Of a DNA stretch of 64,000 bases, positions 1 through 10,201 are shown one piece after another; the stretch's first letter is position 1, and the number at the start of each line of letters is the position of its first letter. The notes beneath the pieces are model-generated. The model had not been told where the DNA came from, did not search any database, and saw nothing but the letters and a program-made list of their open reading frames with translations. The DNA is taken from the NCBI GenBank assembly GCA_034530875.2, contig JAVRCJ020000008.1:64001-128000 (forward strand), in the 5' to 3' direction. The stretch is from Nostoc sp. DedSLP01. Lineage in GTDB: Bacteria; Cyanobacteriota; Cyanobacteriia; Cyanobacteriales; Nostocaceae. The translations under genes and the position numbers were made by a program.

Positions 1-263
1 CAACCTTGGCAATGGTATTTATCAGTTGGCGTACACCAGCGCTACATCCAGCCTTGCGGCGACTGGCAAATATGGCTGGCGCATTGTTGAGCTTACAAAT
101 CTTATTGGGATTCGCCACCTTCAAATTACACCTCCAAGTCGAACCTCTCACCGTCTCTCACCAAGCTGTAGGAGCCGCTTTGCTCGGTACTTTAGTGGCT
201 TTTACAGTTCTCTCATTGCGCGATTCAGTTAGTGCTGATTCACGAGTACTGAGTGCTGAGTAG
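1..263 (+). CDS. ctaA: heme A synthase (COX15/CtaA), 3' end only
   Basis: Hydrophobic ORF with QILLG...TVSHQAVGAALL motif, directly upstream of ctaB; cut by the window edge. Confidence 0.85.
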   Translation, partial: TLAMVFISWRTPALHPALRRLANMAGALLSLQILLGFATFKLHLQVEPLTVSHQAVGAALLGTLVAFTVLSLRDSVSADSRVLSAE

Positions 264-271
264 GGCATTGG

Positions 272-395
272 GTAGGAGGCAAGAGGCAGGAGGCAGGAGG
301 CAGAGGAGAGAATTAAAAATTACCTCTTTCCTCCTGCTCTCTGCTCCATGCTCCACATCTCACCATCTCACCATCTCCCCATCTCCCTACTCCCC
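272..395. repeat. STRR-type short tandem repeats (AGGCAGG)n / (CCATCTC)n
   Basis: Tandem heptamers visible between ctaA and ctaB. Confidence 0.8.
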
Positions 396-425
396 GTTAT
401 TGAAAAATAAGGAACCAGAGTCAAC

Positions 426-1379
426 ATGATTGAGACTAATGTCTCTCGCCACCACCAAACTTTTCTCCAAGTAATTCAAAGTTACTACCAGCTGACTAAG
501 CCGCGGATTATTCCGTTGCTTTTAATTACTACAGCTGGCAGTATGTGGATTGCTGCTAAGGGACAAGTAGACCCATTGCTGTTACTAGTAACTCTGACTG
601 GTGGCACTCTGGCTGCTGCAAGCGCCCAAACTATTAACTGTATCTATGACCGAGATATTGATTATGACATGGAGCGAACTCGCCATCGCCCCATGCCTTC
701 CGGTAAGGTACAACCGCGCGATGCGCTAATTTTTGCGATCGCTCTAGCAACACTTTCGTTTACACTACTGGCAGTTTTTGCCAACTTATTAGCTGCGGTG
801 CTAGCTTTCTCTGGCATCGTCTTTTATATTTTGGTCTATACCCACTGGCTAAAACGTCACAGTACACAAAATATCGTCATTGGTGGTGCTGCTGGGGCAA
901 TTCCGGCTTTGGTGGGTTGGGCTGCTGTGACCGGTACTTTAAGCTGGGCAGCATGGTTAATTTTTGCCATCGTCTTTTTGTGGACGCCGCCCCATTTCTG
1001 GGCGTTAGCTTTGATGATTCGGGACGACTACGCCAAAGTCGGAATACCGATGCTACCGGTAGTTAAAGGCGATACGGCAACAGTAAGGCAAATTTGGTAT
1101 TACACCTTAATTACTGTAGTTGCAACAGTATTGTTAGTTTATCCTTTGGGTGCGAGTGGAGTTCTTTATGCTGCGATCGCTGTGAGTCTTGGAGGATTAT
1201 TTATCCACAAATCTTGGCGGTTGTTGCAAAATCCCGAAGATCGTACCGTTGCTAGAGAGTTATTCCTCTATTCCATTTCCTACATGATGCTGTTGTGTTT
1301 GGGGATGGTAATTGATAGTCTTCCTATTACTCATCATCTAATTAGTGCAGTAATTAATCAGCTGCATTTTATTAGTTAG
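426..1379 (+). CDS. ctaB: heme O synthase (protoheme IX farnesyltransferase)
   Basis: LTKPRI, DRDIDxxMERTxxRP and WTPPHFWAL motifs. Confidence 0.97.
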   Translation: MIETNVSRHHQTFLQVIQSYYQLTKPRIIPLLLITTAGSMWIAAKGQVDPLLLLVTLTGGTLAAASAQTINCIYDRDIDYDMERTRHRPMPSGKVQPRDALIFAIALATLSFTLLAVFANLLAAVLAFSGIVFYILVYTHWLKRHSTQNIVIGGAAGAIPALVGWAAVTGTLSWAAWLIFAIVFLWTPPHFWALALMIRDDYAKVGIPMLPVVKGDTATVRQIWYYTLITVVATVLLVYPLGASGVLYAAIAVSLGGLFIHKSWRLLQNPEDRTVARELFLYSISYMMLLCLGMVIDSLPITHHLISAVINQLHFIS

Positions 1380-1532
1380 GGGCAGAAAAGTTAATGCGAT
1401 CGCGTTGGTTAAAGTGGCGCGATCGTATTTTTATAAATTAGAAATTAAAAACAAAAATTTGTTAAACATAATTAGAGTTTAGTAAATTTATTAAACATTA
1501 ATTACACTTACCTCTCGATCTATTTTTCATAG

Positions 1533-1775
1533 TTACGAAAAAAGCACCGTCAGTAATTCGTCACGAGTTAAACCAGCATGACCAGCAACATCTCTCAGTA
1601 TGGCGTTAAGGGTGCCAATTTTAATAGGATCGTGGGCTGGGATTGTGACATGATGCTCACCATTCTGTTGAGTAGTTAACCGAATGTGGCTACCCGTCTG
1701 ATGATTAACTTCGTATCCTAGACGAGCAAGAGCGTTAACTAATTCTAAACCAGATAAGTCTCGTGGGAGTTTCAA
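1533..1775 (-). CDS. hicA: HicA-family toxin
   Basis: 80 aa with QTGSHIRL...VTIPAH...GTLNAIL; 4-nt overlap with the upstream gene. Confidence 0.9.
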   Translation of the reverse strand: MKLPRDLSGLELVNALARLGYEVNHQTGSHIRLTTQQNGEHHVTIPAHDPIKIGTLNAILRDVAGHAGLTRDELLTVLFS

Positions 1776-1981
1776 GAAGCTATCACCTCATCACGGACTA
1801 TATGTAACCGAATAATCTTAGGACGGTTTTGTTCGTTAGGAAAATGGCAGCGAACGGCATCACGAACCATTTCTCGTAGTGTTTCTATATCGTCAGCCTG
1901 AGTAAAAATTGATTCAGTTAAACCTCTAGCCGTATAACCACCGTCCGGATCGTCTTCTATGAGAAATACAATTTCAGTCAT
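1772..1981 (-). CDS. short HicB-like antitoxin
   Basis: EDDPDGGYTA...IFTQADDIETLREMVRDAV pattern; coupled to hicA. Confidence 0.8.
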   Translation of the reverse strand: MTEIVFLIEDDPDGGYTARGLTESIFTQADDIETLREMVRDAVRCHFPNEQNRPKIIRLHIVRDEVIAS

Positions 1982-2018
1982 AGTAATTTCATAGTAATTT
2001 TTCTTTTACTACTAAATT

Positions 2019-3725
2019 TTATAATTCGGAAGCCCTAACACGAGAGAAAAAATCTTCCCAAGCACCAGAATAACCAAATATTAACTTTCTTCCTTCTCCA
2101 CCCCAAAAAGTAGGAAATGCTCCTTCTGGTGCATCAATACTAAAAGTAAGTTCAGAATATTGTTTCCAGCGATTATCGACACGCCAACCTAAGCGATCGC
2201 CTACTTTAATCCAATCCCGATCTAATTTTAACCAAATTTTTCTTTGGACACTAAAGCCAAAATGCCCATTACTACACTTTAGCCAAATTTCATTAATCTT
2301 ACTGATATCTTGGCAGGGAAATCTGTTGATACTGTCTGAGTTCAGGTAGTTCTCTTGTTCTCGACAAGATATTTTCAACATAAGTGTGCCAGTTACTTGA
2401 TCGGCGTCTTTCCACTTACCTGCTTCTAGCAAACTATTTAACATTTGTTCGTGATCTATTCGTATAAGGAAAAAATCATCTGACTCTGCTAAAGTACTCC
2501 GTTTGCCAAAAATTCCGTTACCATCAGCAGAAATTTTTGCTTCACTTACTCCCTTTTGCCATTTCCACCACCAATGCTCTGAGTAAACTTCATTCTCTCG
2601 AATAATTACCTCACTAGTTTTAGGATTAATTTCTCCATTAATTTTAATCCGATAAGTGCAGCCTAAACCTACATCTCTAACATTCAAATTTCCAGCAAAT
2701 GAGTTTCCATACTGTTTAGCAATACATAGAGTAACAAAAATATGGTGTCTAGTTCTGGATTTGCCAGACCAAGTACCAACTAGTGAAAAAGAAAAAAGTT
2801 CTAATTCTATATTCGATTCGGGCAGCACATAATTGGAATAATCTTTTAATATTTCATCTGTAGATTGATAGCGTTCTTTAACATAATCATGAATTAACTT
2901 ATCTAAAACTTCCCCCAAATGAGGAGTAATACTTTGGCCTTGGAGCAAGCGTTCTCTCCAATTCCAGCAACCTTTTAACCCATCATAAAGTTCATCAGGA
3001 GCATCTGCTTTTGGTAAACATTTGGTTAAGAGCCGAATGCAAGTTACGCCTAAACTGTAAAGATCGCTTGCAGGGAAAGCTTGACCGCGCATTTGTTCGA
3101 TTGGTGCATATCCAGGTGTTCCAACTGTTGTGCCAACACCTAAAAAACTTCCCGTAATCTGTTTAGAAACACCAAAATCAATTAATATCAACTTGCCATC
3201 TTGACGCCGACGCATGATATTTTCTGGTTTGATGTCTCGATGAATTACACCACGTTCATGGATGAACTTCAGAATAGGCAATATATCAACCAAAAGCTGT
3301 TTTATCTTTTCTTCGCTAAAGGCTCCCTGTTGCTGCAATTCTTGTAATAAATTTTGTCCTTCAATTAACTCTTGTACCAAATAAAGTCACTTATCTTGTT
3401 CAAAATAAGCAATCAGGCGGGGAATTTGTGGATGTTCGCCTAAGTCATATAGTCGCTTTGCTTCTTGCTTAAATAACTCGCTAGCTTTCTCAAGTGCAGT
3501 TGTTCCTTGAACTTGCGGAACAAATTGTTTAATTACACAAGGTTCATCTATCCTATCTGTATCTCTAGCTTCATAAGTTTTGCTAAATCCACCCTCACCC
3601 AAAAGTCGTATTACTCAGAAGCGATTTCTGAATAAAAGTGTGAGTGTTTGACCACACTTAATGCAAAACTTATTGTTATCAGCATTAAACGTATTTGAGC
3701 AGCTGGGATTGGAACAGCAAAGCAT
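2019..3725 (-). pseudogene. Ser/Thr protein kinase (N-terminal 4-Cys motif, C-terminal GUN4-like domain) interrupted by two in-frame TGA codons
   Basis: ORFs 3615-3725, 3387-3602 and 2019-3380 share one frame; GEGGFSKTY, HRDIKPEN, DFG and GHFGFSVQ motifs. Confidence 0.9.
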
Positions 3726-3899
3726 ATTTGGAAATTTATCAGCAGATGGTGTTATGTTGAGTTTTCCCATTTTCTGCCTCATCAATTTCATGATTCTCAA
3801 TTATTGAGTAAATTTACTTCTAGCGGCGTCCACAGTCTTAAGTCGGTTTTGCTAGCGTAGTGATATAGGGTTTATCACTCCACAGCACGAGGTTTTAAT

Positions 3900-4775
3900 A
3901 TGGCTCATTTAAATCAGCGTCGCGCCCAAAATGTTAACGGCGATTTTTATGTAGATACTACTTGTATTGATTGTGATACCTGTCGCTGGATGACTCCAGA
4001 AGTTTTTTCTCGTGTTGATGAGCAGTCAGCAGTTTATCATCAACCAACAAATGAAGCCGAAAGATTAGCAGCCCTGGAAGCACTTTTAGCTTGTCCTACT
4101 AGTTCTATTGGCACAGTTGAAAAACCAAAAGATATCAAAGCTGCTCAGGAAAGTTTTCCCAAATTAGTAGAGGAAAATGTTTACCATTGTGGCTATCATT
4201 CTGAGAAATCTTACGCTGCTGCTAGCTATTTTATTCAACTTCCAGAAGGTAATATTTTAGTCGATTCTCCCCGATTTACGCCGCCTTTAGTTAAGCGTTT
4301 AGAAGAGATGGGTGGAATTCGTTATATGTACCTAACTCACAGCGATGATGTGGCAGATCATCAAAAGTTTGCCGAGCATTTTCAATGTCAGCGCATCCTG
4401 CACGCAGATGAAATTTCTGCGGGTACTCGCAATGTAGAAATACAGCTAACTGGTTTTGAGCTGTTTACTTTGGGTGAGGATTTATTAATTATTCCAGTTC
4501 CAGGCCACACTAAAGGACACACCGTTTTACTTTATAAAAACAAGTTTCTCTTTACTGGCGACCATCTCGCTTGGTCAGAAAGGTTGCACCAGTTGGCTGC
4601 ATTCCATAGTGTTTGCTGGTATTCTTGGCCAGAACAAATTAAATCAATGCGTAACTTGGCTAATTACTCTTTTGAATGGGTGCTACCTGGTCATGGACGG
4701 AGGTTTCATGCTGATAGGGAAACAATGCGCCAGCAGATGCACAAATGTATTGAGTTGATGGAATCTTTGAAGTAG
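3900..4775 (+). CDS. ferredoxin-MBL-fold metallohydrolase fusion
   Basis: CIDCDTC...CP ferredoxin motif; THSDDVADH, PGHTKGH, FTGDH and PGHG. Confidence 0.9.
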   Translation: MAHLNQRRAQNVNGDFYVDTTCIDCDTCRWMTPEVFSRVDEQSAVYHQPTNEAERLAALEALLACPTSSIGTVEKPKDIKAAQESFPKLVEENVYHCGYHSEKSYAAASYFIQLPEGNILVDSPRFTPPLVKRLEEMGGIRYMYLTHSDDVADHQKFAEHFQCQRILHADEISAGTRNVEIQLTGFELFTLGEDLLIIPVPGHTKGHTVLLYKNKFLFTGDHLAWSERLHQLAAFHSVCWYSWPEQIKSMRNLANYSFEWVLPGHGRRFHADRETMRQQMHKCIELMESLK

Positions 4776-4911
4776 ATTTGCTGGTGTTGAGACTTGTTAA
4801 TTGTGGTGTAAGCCCGACTTTTACAAAAAGTCGGGGATCTGATTTATTGTTCAAGTAGCGGTCATAAACAGAATTGACAATGAGGGTATGAAAATTTCTA
4901 ACTGATAACTG

Positions 4912-5139
4912 TTAAACCTCTTGCTGATTTAACCAAGTGACTAAATCAGGTAGTGATGAGAATCTGAAAATAGCTCTACCTAATGCTTCTAAGCGTTCTT
5001 TACTTAAAACTTGCAATCGCTCAATAATTGACGCGTCAATTTCACCAAAACGTTCATCAAGTAAAAATAGACAAAATCTCAGTGCTTCTTTTTGTTCGCC
5101 CTTCTGCAAAATATGTTGATAAATCACTGATTCTTGCAT
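4912..5139 (-). CDS. DUF4351-like C-terminal domain of a truncated Rpn-family gene (75 aa from an internal start)
   Basis: MQESVIYQ...RFGEI...LEALG...DLVTWL; GGGAGG Shine-Dalgarno just before ATG 5139; Rpn-like sequence continues in frame to about 5235. Confidence 0.7.
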   Translation of the reverse strand: MQESVIYQHILQKGEQKEALRFCLFLLDERFGEIDASIIERLQVLSKERLEALGRAIFRFSSLPDLVTWLNQQEV

Positions 5140-5230
5140 AGTTTCCTCCCGTAATAATTGCAAAATCAAATCTTTTTCAAACTTTAACCCTGCTAATATT
5201 TCTGTATATGTAGCCGTATTTTGTCTAGTC

Positions 5231-6373
5231 TCAATATAATTCATCGGTTTCAAGAATATATACTTGATTATCATAGCTATGATTGCCGGCTTCAGTATCA
5301 ATCCATAAGCCACCATAGATAATCGTTTGAGAATTAAATTGTATAGTTGAATGACCAAATCTAGGAGGAGGAAACTTTCCTTCTACTTCTGGAATAATTC
5401 CTGTATAAGTTCCACAACTAGCTTCTTCAACAGCAGCCATATTCAATACAACTAAATCGCCAATAGTTACATGGCTAATACCATTACCTGGAGCCATACC
5501 GGCAAACAAAACTAGGTTATCTCCAAATTTTCCATAGCCATGAATTGTTCGATAGGGAATTCCATCTTCGTCATCCATATCATCATAATCTTCATAATCT
5601 TCTTCATCGCTCTCAGGCAAAGGTATTTGATAACTATAGTTTTCTATGCCTTTAAATTCAGCTTTTTGCCACTGAAGCTCCGATAGATTTTGGGAATCAA
5701 AATCTATCAACTCTAAAGTTAAAATATTTGAGCAAAATCCACCGTAAGCAGCATCGCCCAAAAATTTCACTAATGTATTGCCTCTAATTATTAATCCAGC
5801 TAAGGCAGAGCTATAATAATTGTTAACTTGGATATTTATCCAGCACATATTTGTGATATCGAGCAGATGCAAATCAGCTAGTGCTGTGTACATATCATAA
5901 GAACCACCATCAATTAATAATTTATCTTGAAACAACGCTGCACTATGATGAGAACGAGGTGTTGGTGGTGTTCCAGTAGGGCTAATTTGCGACCACTGCC
6001 AAGTTTTTAGATTTAGTATATGAACATCAATATCGCTAAAAATATATCCTCCATCTTTTGCCTCTTGGTATCCTCCCCAAACTAGCATTTTGTTTTCAGC
6101 TAAAACAGCAGTATGAAAGCTTCTTTTGCTAGGAATGTCACCGGAAACTTGGGGTTGTATCCAAGTCCAAGTTTCTAAATCCAGCACATGTATATCATTT
6201 AGAGTTTCAAACGTATCATTGTTTTCTCCACCAAAAATAATCATAGCGTTTTGATACAAAATAGCTGAATGTCCGTATCTTGGCTGAGGAGGTTTGCCTT
6301 GAATTTTTGGATTTTTCCAGATAAAGCGGGGATGTTGAATTTGCATTGGTGTATCCCGGTCAAAACGAATCAA
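5231..6373 (-). CDS. Kelch-repeat beta-propeller protein
   Basis: Repeated PxPRxGHS...GG...D...LDL..W.W units. Confidence 0.9.
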   Translation of the reverse strand: MIRFDRDTPMQIQHPRFIWKNPKIQGKPPQPRYGHSAILYQNAMIIFGGENNDTFETLNDIHVLDLETWTWIQPQVSGDIPSKRSFHTAVLAENKMLVWGGYQEAKDGGYIFSDIDVHILNLKTWQWSQISPTGTPPTPRSHHSAALFQDKLLIDGGSYDMYTALADLHLLDITNMCWINIQVNNYYSSALAGLIIRGNTLVKFLGDAAYGGFCSNILTLELIDFDSQNLSELQWQKAEFKGIENYSYQIPLPESDEEDYEDYDDMDDEDGIPYRTIHGYGKFGDNLVLFAGMAPGNGISHVTIGDLVVLNMAAVEEASCGTYTGIIPEVEGKFPPPRFGHSTIQFNSQTIIYGGLWIDTEAGNHSYDNQVYILETDELY

Positions 6374-6921
6374 TTCATTAAATAAAAGCAGAAAATTTCT
6401 GTTACCTTACCTTTTTCAAAAGTAAAGTTTAAACCTCCAGGGCTGGGTTCTTCAACTATATAATTTAAATAGGTCAACTTTCCCTCTTGGGTGACTTGAG
6501 TTTTGCCATAAGCTTTAATTACTTTTGATTGTGGATCGCCGACTTTGACTTTATCTATAGTTGAATATTTAGGACTAGTTGCTTTTATTTGGTAAACACT
6601 AAATCTTCCTGGTTGAGCATCTTCAGCTAAATCAACTGTAATACCTGCATATTTAAGAGTACGAACTTTGCCAATAGCAGGCATAAAATTATTTTCTACT
6701 TTTACAGGTTTACCTAAAATTTTTCTGACTTGTGCTTCGGGCATAGAAAGTTTTATGCCTCCAATTCCTAGACGTTCGATAGTGATTTTGATTGATTGGT
6801 TCTGAGAAATTTGATAATTGGCAGTGGTAGCAATTACTGGATTAGGGTTATAGTTAATTAAGGGAATAACAAAAGTGGCAATCGCTAACGAAATTGCTCT
6901 TAACATAATTACATACTCCAC
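6370..6921 (-). CDS. secreted hypothetical protein
   Basis: Signal-peptide-like N-terminus; two GIK(L/V)G..V.K..GK-like half repeats; 4-nt overlap with the Kelch gene. Confidence 0.75.
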   Translation of the reverse strand: MEYVIMLRAISLAIATFVIPLINYNPNPVIATTANYQISQNQSIKITIERLGIGGIKLSMPEAQVRKILGKPVKVENNFMPAIGKVRTLKYAGITVDLAEDAQPGRFSVYQIKATSPKYSTIDKVKVGDPQSKVIKAYGKTQVTQEGKLTYLNYIVEEPSPGGLNFTFEKGKVTEIFCFYLMN

Positions 6922-7038
6922 TAGAAACTCAGCCTGTGTATCAGTTATATTACATGCTTTTTAGCACGTATTTTAAATTAGATGTAAAGTACTTTAAAAT
7001 GAAAAAATATAAAGATTTATTGGGAGGAATCAATCGTT

Positions 7039-7590
7039 ATGAGTTTGATTCTTGCAAAGTGGACGATTGAAGAATATCATCGGATGATTGAGGCTGGGGT
7101 TTTGAGCGATCGCCAAGTTGAACTACTCAAAGGAGAAATTGTTGAAATATCTCCGGAAGTAGTAGCTCATGCTTATTCCAGTGATGAAGCTGGTGAATAT
7201 CTCGCAAAATTATTAGGTCAACGCGCTAAAGTTCGTCATGTTAAACCAATAACCCTACCTAACGACTCAGAACCAGAACCAGATATTGCTATTGTTCAAC
7301 CCTTAGAACGCGAGTATCGAGAACATCATCCCTATTCAGAAAATATTTTTTGGTTGATTGAATATGCTAATTCCAGTTTAGAAAAAGATTTAGAGATAAA
7401 AAGTAAAATTTACGCCCAAGCAGGTATTTTAGAATATTGGGTTGTCAATCTCAAAAAGCTAAATTTAGTAATATTTCGAGAAATAGTAGACGGAGATTAC
7501 GCCACAAAGCTGACATTAACAGCAGGAATAATTCAACCTCTTGCATTTCCAGATGTTTCAATTGCAGTGGCACAAATTATTAACAGTTAA
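7039..7590 (+). CDS. Uma2-family (DUF820) PD-(D/E)xK endonuclease
   Basis: VELLKGEIV, EPEPDIA, IEYANSSLEKD, YAQAGILEYWVVNL; GGGAGG RBS. Confidence 0.92.
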   Translation: MSLILAKWTIEEYHRMIEAGVLSDRQVELLKGEIVEISPEVVAHAYSSDEAGEYLAKLLGQRAKVRHVKPITLPNDSEPEPDIAIVQPLEREYREHHPYSENIFWLIEYANSSLEKDLEIKSKIYAQAGILEYWVVNLKKLNLVIFREIVDGDYATKLTLTAGIIQPLAFPDVSIAVAQIINS

Positions 7591-7597
7591 ATTAATT

Positions 7598-7717
7598 TAT
7601 AGCGTTTCCAATTCTGGTGAGGTACAAAATTCCCCCTCCCCAACCCTCCCCTTGCCAAGGAGAGGGTGCGCGATAGCGCGGGTGGGGTGTATTTCATGTG
7701 CTTGGTAATTGTTATAT
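7598..7717. repeat. MITE-like palindromic intergenic repeat
   Basis: Imperfect terminal inverted repeats around a CCCTCCCCTTG..AAGG.GAGGG hairpin; the same core recurs inverted at about 30675-30730. Confidence 0.7.
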
Positions 7718-7733
7718 ACTCTTTTTTAAGTTA

Positions 7734-9122
7734 TCAAAATTTAACAAACAAATATACATCATCGCGCTGATATTTCAACTTAAATTGTTGATTGTTTTTT
7801 AGTTTATTGACCAAACTAACAGCAAATTCCTGATTACTCAACCAGCCAGGATGACGGACATTGAGCAATATATAATCAAAAATATTTAAATTAGCAGGTG
7901 GGGAATCGGCATTTGTCAAAGTAATCAATTTTCGATGGCTTAAATGCGGAGCAATTTTTACTGTGGTGTAAACGCTTCCTTGAGTTTGAATTTGGGCGAT
8001 CGCTTGTTTTGTTGCTTGCCAAGTATCTATAGATGCCAAATATCTCCCCCCAAAATATGTAAACTTTGCCAGACTCAAAAATGCCACCAATGACCAGAGG
8101 ATAATTGCTCGTTTGTTTTGTAGCCATCCTTTACCTGCGGCGAGACTGGAAATTACAGCTAACAACAGAAATGGCAATGCTGGTAGAGAGTAATGGTATA
8201 TCAAGTCTTTTTGAGCTTGGTAATCAGCTAGAATGTTGAGCGCTACACAAGGAATAGCTCCTATTAAAGGTTTTATTCCTTGTAAAGAAAGCCCCCAAAT
8301 CACAGGTGCTAGCAACAAAAGCAAATATGCCAAATTATTCAGTGAAAAAACTTTTACCAAGATAAATCCTGGCTGAAACAGTATATTTTGAGCAATGCCT
8401 AAAACTGAATTACCTAAATAGCTGTAACGTGCCATTGCTGTTGCTTCTGCACTGTTGAAAAAAGGAATAATTACTTGGGTAGCAATCAAAAACCAGGCGA
8501 TACCACTACAAAGAGCGATCGCACCATACAAACGCCGCTTTTCAAAAAAAAGTAACCAAACTCCCATCGCCGCAACGGTGAGCGATAATACCTGCTTACA
8601 TCCAAAGACTAGGAAAATACACAAACAAAACCACCCCAACTGCCCTAATCTTGCAGCTAAAACCGCCGCCAAGAGTAGCGGTACAGCGATCGCTTCTGGG
8701 TGAAAATCAAATAAATTGGCGTTAAATACCACCGGATAAAGGAGATATACAAATGCGATCGCTACTGCTTGACTTTCCTTGAGTTTTGCTTGGCGGGCTA
8801 AATACCAAGTAGCCAAAGCGCCTAATGCTAAGGCAAATGCCTGCACGGTAAATAACCAGTATACGCTGGGGTAAATTTTGTACAGTAAAGCTAAGGGATA
8901 GAAAATCCAAGCACCATGATCGCCGAGAATGTGAAAACCTATTAAAGAACTAATAGGTGGTTGTCCTTGACTAATTAAATAAATCGCCTGGTCAAAAATT
9001 GCTAAGTCAAAGGCGGTTGATTGAAACAACTCGTGTCGTAAGCTGCTGCACGATAATAAAATTAACGCACTCGCGCTAATTATCCAACCAACACTACCAA
9101 GCTGATTGAATTTTTTTCTCAT
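7734..9122 (-). CDS. DUF2079-family membrane protein (putative GT-C glycosyltransferase)
   Basis: AFDLAIFDQ, GDH, NLFDFHPE and YHYSLP motifs; many TM segments. Confidence 0.85.
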   Translation of the reverse strand: MRKKFNQLGSVGWIISASALILLSCSSLRHELFQSTAFDLAIFDQAIYLISQGQPPISSLIGFHILGDHGAWIFYPLALLYKIYPSVYWLFTVQAFALALGALATWYLARQAKLKESQAVAIAFVYLLYPVVFNANLFDFHPEAIAVPLLLAAVLAARLGQLGWFCLCIFLVFGCKQVLSLTVAAMGVWLLFFEKRRLYGAIALCSGIAWFLIATQVIIPFFNSAEATAMARYSYLGNSVLGIAQNILFQPGFILVKVFSLNNLAYLLLLLAPVIWGLSLQGIKPLIGAIPCVALNILADYQAQKDLIYHYSLPALPFLLLAVISSLAAGKGWLQNKRAIILWSLVAFLSLAKFTYFGGRYLASIDTWQATKQAIAQIQTQGSVYTTVKIAPHLSHRKLITLTNADSPPANLNIFDYILLNVRHPGWLSNQEFAVSLVNKLKNNQQFKLKYQRDDVYLFVKF

Positions 9123-9235
9123 CCCATCAGAATTTCCAATTTGGTGGCTCTCGTCATGGTTGGTTTTGAATCCCCATGTGTTGCGTCAGCTTGCCGCAGG
9201 GTACGAAACCTTCTGCCTTCTGCCTCCTGCCTTCT

Positions 9236-10201
9236 TCAAGATTCTTCGTTTGTTGCTTTCACAACAGACCGACTAGATTGGGCTAGATAAATACCTACTA
9301 AAACTACGGCAAAAGCCATCCAGTCAAACAAACCTACTTCTTCTGAAAAAATCAACCAGGCAAAAATTGAAGCTAAAACTGGTTCGGCTAGAAGGGTGAC
9401 GGCAACGACTCCTGAAGAGATTCTGCTAAGGCTGTAAGCTAAAAGCCCTTGACCCAACACTTGGCAAAAAAGGGCTTGAAAAATAATGAAGAACCAACCC
9501 ATCGATGAATTGGGGAGTAGTCTATCTTCGAGGAATGGCAGGACTGGTAGTAGAAACATTGTCGTGATTCCACAGCGCCACAGCATGATGGTTGCGGTGC
9601 TAAATCGAGACCGGAGTCGTTCTATTAGCAACATGCACGTTGCCATGAAAATCGCAGTCAGAAATGCTAAGGCATCGCCAAGTATTTGGTCAGTGGCAAA
9701 TTGCACCTTATTGATTTCAAATGCGATCGCTCCCAGCAAGGCGATGGCCAAACCAACAACAAATCTGTAATCGAAGCGGCGACCGAATAACAGATACCCA
9801 GCCAAAGCAACGAATAAGGAATTTAAATTAGACAGTAAAGCTACATTAGCAACATTAGTTTGACTCAGCGACCAAGCCCACAAAAGTAGGTAGGTTGCAG
9901 CAGCAGTTCCCATTGCTAACAACAGCCAGATTTCTTTTTTGGTTAAAGGCGTATGTGTAATCGATTGATTTTCGGATTGTTGGTAGCGGAAAGCCTCAAG
10001 CCCATTCCAGAGAGCAAAGACGATTGTAGCAATCCAACTCCGATGAAATACTACAGCATTGGCGCCGATTTCTAGTTGACATAGCTTAGTCAAAGATGGC
10101 GCCAAAGATATGGGAATAAGGGCAAAAAATAATGACAAAGTTCCTACTAAAGCTGGTGTTAAGGACAACTTTTGTTGTAGGAATGCCTGTTTTGTCGTCA
10201 T
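9236..10201 (-). CDS. DMT/EamA-family transporter
   Basis: About 10 TM; WSLSQTNVAN, CQVLGQGLLAY, LAEPV. Confidence 0.9.
   Translation of the reverse strand: MTTKQAFLQQKLSLTPALVGTLSLFFALIPISLAPSLTKLCQLEIGANAVVFHRSWIATIVFALWNGLEAFRYQQSENQSITHTPLTKKEIWLLLAMGTAAATYLLLWAWSLSQTNVANVALLSNLNSLFVALAGYLLFGRRFDYRFVVGLAIALLGAIAFEINKVQFATDQILGDALAFLTAIFMATCMLLIERLRSRFSTATIMLWRCGITTMFLLPVLPFLEDRLLPNSSMGWFFIIFQALFCQVLGQGLLAYSLSRISSGVVAVTLLAEPVLASIFAWLIFSEEVGLFDWMAFAVVLVGIYLAQSSRSVVKATNEES

Noticed and set aside
3387..3617. Selenocysteine or genome-wide TGA recoding
   Set aside because: The positions correspond to Arg, not Cys or Trp, and TGA ends other genes here normally (e.g. lysS)
5236..5358. N-terminal extension of the 148-aa ORF 4912-5358
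   Set aside because: Overlaps the Kelch gene in another frame; Rpn similarity starts only near 5235
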